26,103 nt of DNA from Candidatus Thorarchaeota archaeon (GTDB lineage Archaea; Asgardarchaeota; Thorarchaeia; Thorarchaeales; Thorarchaeaceae). This document shows positions 1-8,017 of the stretch, piece by piece; within the stretch, counting starts at the first letter, position 1; each line of letters begins with the position of its first letter. Below the pieces are notes generated by a model, which saw only the letters and a program-made list of their open reading frames with translations, made no database searches and was not told the origin of the DNA. The stretch lies in NCBI GenBank assembly GCA_048884785.1, contig JBHLQM010000051.1, positions 1-26,103 on the forward strand, read 5' to 3'. The position numbers and the translations under genes are program-made.

Positions 1-106
1 ACCTCCATTGCTGTCATTACCGAATTAGGTAGGGGAGGCTTTGGAAAAAGGCATATATCATTTGTGGTTGACGCCAGTGATTTATGGGTCTAGTGGAACC
101 AGTGCA

Positions 107-814
107 TTACGTTATCAATCCCAATTCGTATGCCCAGCCTTGTAAACCAGGAATCATTAGAAAAACTCCGAGAATAATGAGCAAGACACCCACGATAATC
201 TCTATCGTAGGGGCCGAATTAGCCAATCGAGTAGCCATTCGATTTCTAGCTTCTCCTGTCACAAGTGCTATTGCAAGATAAGGTATTGAAACTCCAACTG
301 CAAGAAGGAAAAACATGAAGCCCAGCACAAATAGATTCGTTTCCGTACTGAATAATAATGGCAGAACAAGCAAGACCGGAGCTGTACAGGGGGCCGCTAA
401 GAGTGCGTAGCTAAACCCGACAGCGAACACCCCAATGAGGCTTGTTGGATTTCCAGGATCGGACATGCTCAATCGGGTAAGGTGAAGTTTCTCTCTTAAT
501 TTATGCGAGAGCGTTGCAACCCCTAGAAAGACAACAATAGCACCAAGAATAGCCTGAATATAGGTATAGTATCTTAATACGAAATAACCAATCAAAGTTG
601 AGATGGAAATGAACACTGCTAGAGATGCAAGAATACCAAAGATTAGGACTCCAGTAACTTGTACGCTCTTTCTCCTACTCTGCTCTGATTGAAGATTGCG
701 AATTAAAAAGAGAGGTAGGAGTGGGAAGAGGCAGGGAGAAGTGGCAATATACAGTCCGGCACTGAGAACAGTGCCCAACTGTATGGCTACCTCAAAGAAC
801 AGCTGCAGAAGCAT
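107..814 (-). CDS. ccdA: CcdA/DsbD-family transmembrane electron transporter (thiol-disulfide interchange)
   Basis: 235 aa with about 6 hydrophobic segments and the two conserved Pro-Cys motifs TSPCLFPLLP and AAPCTAPV; lies directly downstream of a TlpA-like gene on the same strand. Confidence 0.85.
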   Translation of the reverse strand: MLLQLFFEVAIQLGTVLSAGLYIATSPCLFPLLPLFLIRNLQSEQSRRKSVQVTGVLIFGILASLAVFISISTLIGYFVLRYYTYIQAILGAIVVFLGVATLSHKLREKLHLTRLSMSDPGNPTSLIGVFAVGFSYALLAAPCTAPVLLVLPLLFSTETNLFVLGFMFFLLAVGVSIPYLAIALVTGEARNRMATRLANSAPTIEIIVGVLLIILGVFLMIPGLQGWAYELGLIT

Positions 815-832
815 TGTTCTTTCATCAGACTC

Positions 833-1468
833 CTACAATCCCATCAAAGTACTCACAGTTGCATTGTAGTCAACGAATCGCCATGTCCCTTCATGAATCC
901 ATCTTAGGGTTCCAAGTTGATCGATGAGAACAAGCGTTGGGATGTACCTAAGCTTGAAAAAGTCATCACATGCATCCCCTGCTTCATCTGTGGCGAAGCC
1001 AATAGTCCATGTGAGCTGATTTTCTGTAATATAATCACGAAGCATCTGGGGTGTATCTCCCTGAGCAGTAGTTAGTTGTACGTATTCCAGCTGATCCCTT
1101 GAGTAGTTATTGTAGAGTTTAATATTGTCTGTATTCTGGTACTTGCACGCAGGACACCATGTGGTCATGAATATCATAACAACAAATTTACCTCTAAGGC
1201 TTGACATGGTTATATTGTCACTGTCAACCATTTCAAATTCCCAGTCAGGAATTGTGACATTATAGGGCAACAAATCTTGGTCTCGAAAGAACCAAGCAGG
1301 AATTCCATTATCATCATCCGGTTCAGTAGTAGTTGTTGTTGTAGTGTCAGTTGTGGTGTCAGTAGCACCATTATCGGCAGGCAATGTTCCTAGTAAAGCC
1401 GCACCTGTAATGCCAATGACAACTATACTCATAACGAGAACGACGGCCAAGAATTGCTTTGACTCCAT
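833..1468 (-). CDS. Membrane-anchored TlpA/ResA-like thioredoxin-fold disulfide reductase
   Basis: N-terminal hydrophobic anchor, Thr-rich linker, LRGKFVVMIFMTTWCPAC (CxxC) and cis-Pro loop YIPTLVLIDQLG; start moved from GTG 1480 to ATG 1468 because GAGGTG (1478-1483) fits as its SD. Confidence 0.85.
   Translation of the reverse strand: MESKQFLAVVLVMSIVVIGITGAALLGTLPADNGATDTTTDTTTTTTTEPDDDNGIPAWFFRDQDLLPYNVTIPDWEFEMVDSDNITMSSLRGKFVVMIFMTTWCPACKYQNTDNIKLYNNYSRDQLEYVQLTTAQGDTPQMLRDYITENQLTWTIGFATDEAGDACDDFFKLRYIPTLVLIDQLGTLRWIHEGTWRFVDYNATVSTLMGL
1325..1366 (-). repeat. Low-complexity Thr-rich linker (ATDTTTDTTTTTTT) within the TlpA-like CDS
   Basis: Run of ACN codons, seen on the + strand as gtagtagttgttgttgtagtgtcagttgtggtgtcagtagc. 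Confidence 0.7.
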
Positions 1469-1692
1469 ATTAAGGACCACCTCAAGTATGCAGTTTTGAT
1501 TTGAAACTCATCTCTCAGATATAAGTCACACTGTTCACTTTTGCAAAATAAGGCAAAACACGTTGTTTCGCACTATATCAGCTTTGAACAAACGGAAGCA
1601 TTTATCACTGTGAAATCTCGCGTAGCACCGATTCCCAAATGGCAAATTAACAGCATTGACAGGGAAGAAAGATAGTATACCGAGGTCCAAGC

Positions 1693-3396
1693 ATGCCTAA
1701 TCCAATGAATCCTCTCATAGTACAGTCAGACAAATCAGTCCTCCTCGAAGTAGATAATCCGAGATACGAAGAAGCAAGAGACTCTCTTGCAAGATTTGCA
1801 GAGTTGGTTAAGAGTCCAGAATATGTTCACACATACCGCGTAACTCCATTAAGTCTTTGGAATGCAGCGGCTGTAGGTCTGACTGCCAGAGAAGTGATTG
1901 ATTCTTTACAGGAATTTGCCAAATATCCAATTCCAAGCAACATTGAACGTGACATCATGGACTACATGACACGATACGGGCAGATTACATTATTCTCTGA
2001 AGGCGAGGATATGCTCTTGGAGTTTCAAGATGAAGATTTGGCCGAAGAGATATGGCAAAACACCAAAGTAAGAGAGTACATTGTTGAGAGAGTTGACGAG
2101 AATACTTTCCTTGTCGATGCTGGACAGCGAGGATTTCTCAAACATGCGTTATTGGAGCTGGGACATCCTGTAGAGGACTTGGCTGGTTATGTCGAAGGTG
2201 AGCATCTGCCTTTTGAGGTACGAGAGATTGCTTTGAGTGGTGCAAAGTTTGACCTCAGAGACTATCAAAATGAGGCGGTTTCAATCTTCTATGCAGGTGG
2301 CGGCGTTCGCGGCGGGTCAGGTGTAGTGGTGCTTCCTTGTGGAGCTGGAAAAACGATGGTCGGAATTGGCGCAATGCAGAAACTGCAAACCTCCACAATC
2401 ATACTATGCCCCAATGTAGTTGCCGTGCGACAATGGATTCAGGAACTTCTAGATAAAACAACATTAACTGCGGATCAGATTGGAGAGTATACTGGTGATG
2501 AGAAGGAAATAAGACCTATCACTGTAGCAACATATCAAATCCTTACTTGGAGAAGATCAAGAGAGAATGACTTTGAACACTTCCGCATTTTTGACGCTCG
2601 AAAATGGGGTTTAATTATCTATGACGAAGTGCATCTTCTACCTGCACCCGTATTCAGGGTGACTGCCAGTATACAAGCAACCAGGAGACTTGGTCTAACT
2701 GCAACTCTTGTGAGAGAAGATGAACGAGAAGAGGATGTATTCAGTCTAATTGGTCCAAAAAGATTCGATATGCCATGGAAATTACTTGAGGATCAGGGCT
2801 GGATAGCAACAGCTGTCTGTTATGAGATCAGAATTGACCTTCCTGATAATATGCGAAGGAAATATGCATTGGCTGAAGACAGAAAGAAATACAGAATCGC
2901 CGCTGAGAATCCAATCAAACTTGAGCTCATCAAGGAACTCGTTGACTACCATAGGGAGGATAATGTGCTAGTTATTGGGATGTACCTTGACCAGCTCAAA
3001 GAAATCGCTGACACCATAAAATCCCCACTAATAACCGGGAAGACCAGCAATGAGGATAGGCAGGAGCTGTATCAAGCATTTCGCGAAGGAAGACAGAAAA
3101 TCCTAGTTGTTTCCAAAGTGGCCAATTTTGCCCTTGACCTACCAGATGCCAATGTTGCCATCCAAGTTTCAGGGACATTTGGTTCAAGGCAAGAAGAGGC
3201 ACAGCGACTGGGAAGAATCCTCCGACCAAAAGTTGATGGTAGTTTTGCTAGGTTTTACTCCATAGTTACACGGGATTCTCGAGATATGGATTTTGCTGCA
3301 AAACGGCAATTATTCCTCACAGAGCAGGGCTATCAATATGTGATTTCCTCTGCAGACGAGGAGATTTGGAGAAGGAATCCCGAGAGCTTCTTTTAG
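1693..3396 (+). CDS. xpb: XPB/Rad25/Ssl2-type SF2 DNA helicase/translocase with N-terminal Helicase_C_3 (clutch) domain
   Basis: Motif I LPCGAGKT, motif II DEVH, motif III plus RED loop GLTATLVRED, motif VI QEEAQRLGRILR; N-terminus LIVQSDKSVLLE...FAELVKSPEYVHTYRVTPLSLWNA is the long (bacterial/eukaryote-like) XPB N-terminal domain. Confidence 0.95.
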   Translation: MPNPMNPLIVQSDKSVLLEVDNPRYEEARDSLARFAELVKSPEYVHTYRVTPLSLWNAAAVGLTAREVIDSLQEFAKYPIPSNIERDIMDYMTRYGQITLFSEGEDMLLEFQDEDLAEEIWQNTKVREYIVERVDENTFLVDAGQRGFLKHALLELGHPVEDLAGYVEGEHLPFEVREIALSGAKFDLRDYQNEAVSIFYAGGGVRGGSGVVVLPCGAGKTMVGIGAMQKLQTSTIILCPNVVAVRQWIQELLDKTTLTADQIGEYTGDEKEIRPITVATYQILTWRRSRENDFEHFRIFDARKWGLIIYDEVHLLPAPVFRVTASIQATRRLGLTATLVREDEREEDVFSLIGPKRFDMPWKLLEDQGWIATAVCYEIRIDLPDNMRRKYALAEDRKKYRIAAENPIKLELIKELVDYHREDNVLVIGMYLDQLKEIADTIKSPLITGKTSNEDRQELYQAFREGRQKILVVSKVANFALDLPDANVAIQVSGTFGSRQEEAQRLGRILRPKVDGSFARFYSIVTRDSRDMDFAAKRQLFLTEQGYQYVISSADEEIWRRNPESFF

Positions 3397-3399
3397 CTC

Positions 3400-4227
3400 T
3401 TAGTCTTTTTTGGGATCACCGGCTTCATACAACGAGATTTTTCTGGCGATTTGCTTAATTTCATCGAGGGTCAAGCGTTTGATGCCCTTCTGGTCGACAT
3501 CAAAAGCCACCCACATGGGATTGTGTGAAGCCCCTTTTACTTTTGTAACTCTGAACTGTTTGATTAGTACTCCAGCTCCTTCAAACACCGGTTCGTGTCT
3601 TGTATCGATGATAACATCACTACTGTATGTTATCAGGTCATCATAGGCAGCAAACTGCTGTAACCCTGTATGATAGGTCGCCCAACAAGGAATGGACAAG
3701 TTCTTGCAGAATGTTGCCCGCCACGCTTTAACGGCATTCACCGCTTTGAAAGGATGGGATTGCAGGAATAGCTCGGTGATGCTATCTACAAAGATTCCTC
3801 CTATTTCCTTCTCGCTGCTATCAGAGATTAGTCCTTGAATCGCATCGCTAATCTGATCAGGTTCAGTTGGATCCCTCACCATAACTGTATGGTCGTATTT
3901 CACAGTTTTTCGCAAAATCTGATTTGAAAAGCAGTCAACCAAGTCAATAAGACCTTCTTTCAACAAGTCAGAGCTCCATCCTAAGGAACTGAGATTCTGA
4001 AGAACTGAAACCGGTGTATCTTCAAAGCATACATAGATTACTCTCTTTCCTGATTCCATGGCAGAACGAGCCATTTCGTTTAGAATCAGTGATTTTCCTC
4101 CGCCACCAGGACCACGAATAACACCCAGCGCATTTCGTGGAAATCCATTGGGGACTTCGTTATCAAGAGGCGCAATCCCAGTTTTGTAAAGCTCTCTTCC
4201 TTTTGCAAGAATTTTATCAAAGCTCAA
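3400..4227 (-). CDS. Single-domain RAD55/KaiC-like RecA-superfamily ATPase
   Basis: TGIAPLD N-terminal motif, Walker A GPGGGGKS, YVCFED, Walker B FVDSIT, SSDVII and RVTKVKGASH...FDVDQKGI tail; TTG start. Confidence 0.85.
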   Translation of the reverse strand: MSFDKILAKGRELYKTGIAPLDNEVPNGFPRNALGVIRGPGGGGKSLILNEMARSAMESGKRVIYVCFEDTPVSVLQNLSSLGWSSDLLKEGLIDLVDCFSNQILRKTVKYDHTVMVRDPTEPDQISDAIQGLISDSSEKEIGGIFVDSITELFLQSHPFKAVNAVKAWRATFCKNLSIPCWATYHTGLQQFAAYDDLITYSSDVIIDTRHEPVFEGAGVLIKQFRVTKVKGASHNPMWVAFDVDQKGIKRLTLDEIKQIARKISLYEAGDPKKD

Positions 4228-4423
4228 TTTCAGAACCTATTCAATTTGATTCAGTACTCTCAGAATAATGTATTGCTTGTCAGTAATCATTGTATAGGAG
4301 CATTAATCATATCACCCCTTTTTCAAGATTGTCTGCTGCATGCGGTGAAATCACACCTGTGCCTAGGATGTGTTTTTTTCGGTGACCGAATAGCACCAGT
4401 GGTTTGGGTAGGCTCTATGATAA

Positions 4424-4460
4424 GTTAATTTATATTATATAATATTCTAACATATTATGA
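4424..4460 (+). promoter_or_regulatory. AT-only tract with TATA-like sequences, probable promoter of 4473..4730
   Basis: TTAATTTATATTATATAATATT ending about 27 nt before ATG 4473; contains the 14-bp palindrome ATATTATATAATAT (4432-4445). Confidence 0.45.
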
Positions 4461-4472
4461 CATCGTATTTAG

Positions 4473-4730
4473 ATGGAGCTGGAACATATGGTAGAAAGTG
4501 ACCAACGGGAGGCGTCTAATCATTCAAATCCAATGCTATTAAAGCTGAGATATGCTGCACTGGACAAAGCTTTCAGCGAAATTCGAAACAAACGATTCCG
4601 GCTAGATGAGTCAAAAACCCATGGTTGGATATCGGAAGAAGAATATCAACAAGGGCTCGTTCAACTCATTCTCGAGGGAAATGAGATTAAGAACCAACAG
4701 AGAATCATTGAGGAGCAATTGACATTCTGA
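4473..4730 (+). CDS. Small helical (coiled-coil-like) hypothetical protein
   Basis: 85-aa ORF filling a gap, heptad-like charged helices around GWISEEEY, TATA-like element upstream; start could be the second Met. Confidence 0.6.
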   Translation: MELEHMVESDQREASNHSNPMLLKLRYAALDKAFSEIRNKRFRLDESKTHGWISEEEYQQGLVQLILEGNEIKNQQRIIEEQLTF

Positions 4731-4766
4731 GCCACATTCATATAGCTGCTTCAAAACCATATTCGT

Positions 4767-5051
4767 ATGAAGGGACGAAATATCATCCTAATGCTATCAC
4801 ACCTGTTTCGAAAGCATGGAAAAACACTACAAATTTCTGAGGCAGTATATTGCCTGAGTTTTCAATGGCGATATGGCAGCCCTTCTTATATCCGAAAAAT
4901 CCTAACTCTTGCAAGCGAGAGCAATCTGATATCAATTGAAGATGGAGTAATTCGGGCCGAGTTTCTCTATGATTCTCAAAGATTGCACCCCAATCAAGCA
5001 GATGCTTTGGGGAAAATTAGTTTCAGTAGAGATGTTTCACCTCTCTATTGA
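4767..5051 (+). CDS. DUF2240-like small archaeal winged-helix protein
   Basis: Pattern LF-x-KHGK-x-L-x-xSE-x-V-xx-LS-F-x-W-x-YGSP...A-x-xxNLI-x-IEDG-x-I-x-AEF resembles the DUF2240 N-terminal region (recognised from memory); 3' end overlaps the convergent RFC gene. Confidence 0.6.
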   Translation: MKGRNIILMLSHLFRKHGKTLQISEAVYCLSFQWRYGSPSYIRKILTLASESNLISIEDGVIRAEFLYDSQRLHPNQADALGKISFSRDVSPLY

Positions 5052-6160
5052 GATTCTGCATCCTCAATGTTTCCTATTGATGCAAGAAAAGCCATCAGAT
5101 GGATATGAGGGTTTTTCCCTTGAGTCATTCGGTAGTCTATGTCAGAAGCACGTTCCAATATGTGACTCATCTTCCGAGAATCGAAGGGTCTTCTAATGAT
5201 ATCTTTCTGAATCTGAATCATGATATCATTTGGAGAGTATTGCTCAGAGGCAAGAAGATGTCGAAGTGTATCGCGTGCCTGAATCCAATTCTGGCTGATT
5301 GCCAAGGAAACCATTTTTCTCACACCAGTAGTGAGTGTGGTTTCGGAATGGGCGTATACTACATCTTCATTGACTTCTTGTCCTGTTGCAGCGCAAATTT
5401 GAAGAAGATCGAGCCCCCGGCGTACATCTCCAGCTGCCTCTCTGACAATTGAATCAATTCCAGAGTCATCGAATGCTACATTTTCGATCTCCGCTATACT
5501 CCGAAGATAGGATTGCATTATGTCAGGTTTGATTGCAGTGAATTTTATCACAACACAACGTGAGGCGATAGCGGGATTCCATCCGGCAAGAGACGGCGTG
5601 ATAAGAATGAATCTACAGGAGTGTGAGTAAATCTCCATTGTTCTTCTTAATGCTTGCAGCATATTGTTGTCAAGTGCATCGGCTTCATCAAGAACAAGTA
5701 TCTTAACATATTTGTCAGCAACGGTCACCGTTGACGCAAATAGGCTAATAGCTTGAAAAAGCAGTTGACTCCTATTTGGATCTCTTGAGCGGCCCTTTGA
5801 ACTCAATTCTGCTTTGGCCTCACGGAATACAACAGACATATACTCATCAAGCTCAGTTCTTTTTGACCGATCCATTTTTGCCAGATCGCTGATATTTCGC
5901 TTTGCTGAGGCAATGGGATATGACCGAATATCACGCACATTGAGAGACTTGAAGTTTGAATCATAGAAGTCTCCAAGTACACTCTTTGCGAATATATCTG
6001 CAGCAACGGTTTTGCCGGTTCCAGACGGACCGTGTAATATGAGATGAGGAACTGTTCGGGATGCCGCGTATTTTTCAAGCTGAGATTTTGCCTGCTCTTG
6101 CCCTTGGAAATCTGTCCAGGTTTTTGGACGGTATTTGACACTCCAAAGAACAGGCTCCAT
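5045..6160 (-). CDS. rfcS: Replication factor C small-subunit-like clamp-loader AAA+ ATPase (atypical, with insertion)
   Basis: LWSVKYRP (RFC box II), PHLILHGPSGTGKT Walker A, LVLDEAD Walker B, QALRRTME, ASRC arginine finger, GDVRRG sensor 2, C-terminal collar; ATG 6160 preceded by GGTG. Confidence 0.88.
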   Translation of the reverse strand: MEPVLWSVKYRPKTWTDFQGQEQAKSQLEKYAASRTVPHLILHGPSGTGKTVAADIFAKSVLGDFYDSNFKSLNVRDIRSYPIASAKRNISDLAKMDRSKRTELDEYMSVVFREAKAELSSKGRSRDPNRSQLLFQAISLFASTVTVADKYVKILVLDEADALDNNMLQALRRTMEIYSHSCRFILITPSLAGWNPAIASRCVVIKFTAIKPDIMQSYLRSIAEIENVAFDDSGIDSIVREAAGDVRRGLDLLQICAATGQEVNEDVVYAHSETTLTTGVRKMVSLAISQNWIQARDTLRHLLASEQYSPNDIMIQIQKDIIRRPFDSRKMSHILERASDIDYRMTQGKNPHIHLMAFLASIGNIEDAESQ

Positions 6161-6304
6161 TATACACACCGAATGTGTGTTCTCTTAATCCAAAATAAGG
6201 TTGACTCTAAACAGCATTATGAAATCAGACCGAAACCGTAATAGTCATATGGCTTCGAAAGCTCGGCGCTTGTTTACAATTTCAAAATTTGATGAGGATT
6301 TAAT

Positions 6305-8017
6305 ATGTCAAAGGAAACTCTCGATAAAGAATTGGACCATATTTTTAGAGAGGACCTTATAGTTGCATGCCAATACTGGGATATTGATGTCAGCGGGAGT
6401 ACTTCAGGTACACAATTGACTCAGCTTCTTTCGAAAAAAATGAAAATCAAAGAAGAGAGAGATCGAATCTTTGCAGCATTTACTGAAGCAGAAGCGGACC
6501 TTCTTGGACTGCTCACTCTTAGTGGTGGTGCAATGAGTTACGATAGACTGAAACCATTTAGAAAGATTTACAGCTATGGCCAACTGAATCAAACTGAAAG
6601 AGACCTCAGGAAGAAGGGCATCATAGTCAGAAGAATGATGTCAAGATTAACCGAATTCGGACGCGAAGTTGCGGAATTCAAGGTTCTTGATTTTTTTATT
6701 CCTCATCTCAAGAGATTCTTTTCTCAGAAATCTGAAATAGTAGGAGAAAAACCGAAGAAGACTAAGAGTATTATCAATGAGAGAGATACCTTGCTACTTG
6801 ATATGCTTCTCTTGTCATCATATTTGGCGAAACATGAAGTAAAAATGACAAGTTCTTGGGAATTCCCAAAGAGAGAAAGTGACAACATAAAGGATGCAAT
6901 GTCCAAGACAACGGATGAGAGATTCGATTTAGTTCAGAGGACGGCCAGGAAGGCTGCAGTCTATGAGATACTGGACAAGGATAGAGTGATCCCAGGAAAA
7001 ATCCAATCGTTATTTGCAGGAAAACAAGAGGTGGTATCAAAAAGAATTCTTCTCTCAGCAGTTGGAAGGACAAGGGCAATCTGGGCAACGCCAGACCAGC
7101 CAACTGAATATACTCTCAATCTAATCATTTGTAGGTTGCGAGAGAGCTCCTCAGAGGAATGGATTACTGTCAAGGAAATGCGTGACTGGATTAGGAGTGA
7201 GCTTTTCATAGACGAGCAACCTCTAAAATGGATTCAAGTTTCAGAGGAACGAGTCAGTATGGCATTGGAAACTCCCCTTCTACTTGGACTTGTTGAAGGA
7301 GCGTATAAAGGAAAGAATCTACTTGCAATACGCCTGACAGATGTAGGTGAATCTGTAATTGCAGGAAATCCTCTAGCGGAAGTTGAGGGGCAAGAAACAT
7401 TCATTGTACTGCCCAATTTTGAGATAACAGTATTCTCTTCAGAAATGGATTATTTCAAGCTGTATCAATTGATGCTGATATCTGAACCAGTTAGGATTGA
7501 TGTGGTCAGTACTTTCAAAATCACGGAGTCTTCAATCTTTGATGCTATTGAACTGGGCTTCAGAGAGAAAGACCTGATTCAATTTCTTGAGAGCAATAGC
7601 TCAAAGCCCCTCCCTGCAAATGTTATTCGCTCGATAAAAGACTGGACATCGCAGACAACTTTTGCGAACGTTTCGGAAATCTTGCTCTTTGAAACTGATA
7701 ATGAGAAAGACTTGGAAGGACTACTATTGATACCTAAATTCAATGAGTATGTCGTTCGCCGAGTCGGACCAACGGCTGTTATAATTCAGGGTGATTTAGA
7801 CCAATTCATTGATGATATGCAGGAACACAAATGCCATTGTACAAAAATTGGGTTGAAGGTAGAAGAAGGAGAGCCATCGGTTGTAACAACGGTTGCCGAG
7901 CAAGTTCTCCTCTATGGAGATCACCCAGCTTCTGATGTTGCAGATGACTGCCTGGGTTGCCCTGCAATTCAGTCCTGCAATAGGGTTGTAAGAAGAAAAT
8001 CAGAGTCTGCGAGGTGA
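6305..8017 (+). CDS. Helicase-associated (Helicase_C_3 / clutch) domain protein with a p52/Tfb2-like architecture and a C-terminal Cys cluster
   Basis: No Walker motifs. Segment FIVLPNFEITVF...FKITESSIFDAIELG...LIQFLESNSSKPLPANVIRSIKDW (about 7394-7648) aligns by eye with the XPB N-terminal domain in this window; winged-helix-like segments upstream; CLGCPAIQSC at the C-terminus. Confidence 0.75.
   Translation: MSKETLDKELDHIFREDLIVACQYWDIDVSGSTSGTQLTQLLSKKMKIKEERDRIFAAFTEAEADLLGLLTLSGGAMSYDRLKPFRKIYSYGQLNQTERDLRKKGIIVRRMMSRLTEFGREVAEFKVLDFFIPHLKRFFSQKSEIVGEKPKKTKSIINERDTLLLDMLLLSSYLAKHEVKMTSSWEFPKRESDNIKDAMSKTTDERFDLVQRTARKAAVYEILDKDRVIPGKIQSLFAGKQEVVSKRILLSAVGRTRAIWATPDQPTEYTLNLIICRLRESSSEEWITVKEMRDWIRSELFIDEQPLKWIQVSEERVSMALETPLLLGLVEGAYKGKNLLAIRLTDVGESVIAGNPLAEVEGQETFIVLPNFEITVFSSEMDYFKLYQLMLISEPVRIDVVSTFKITESSIFDAIELGFREKDLIQFLESNSSKPLPANVIRSIKDWTSQTTFANVSEILLFETDNEKDLEGLLLIPKFNEYVVRRVGPTAVIIQGDLDQFIDDMQEHKCHCTKIGLKVEEGEPSVVTTVAEQVLLYGDHPASDVADDCLGCPAIQSCNRVVRRKSESAR

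Noticed and set aside
3400-4227. Circadian clock KaiC
   Set aside because: Single ATPase domain and no kaiA or kaiB nearby
4246-4428. 60-aa ORF in the intergenic region
   Set aside because: TTG start, no SD, atypical composition, and it overlaps the probable divergent promoter region
5740-5950. Intein in the RFC subunit
   Set aside because: The insert is too short, has no C/S...HN splice junction, and is not at the Walker A site where RFC inteins often sit
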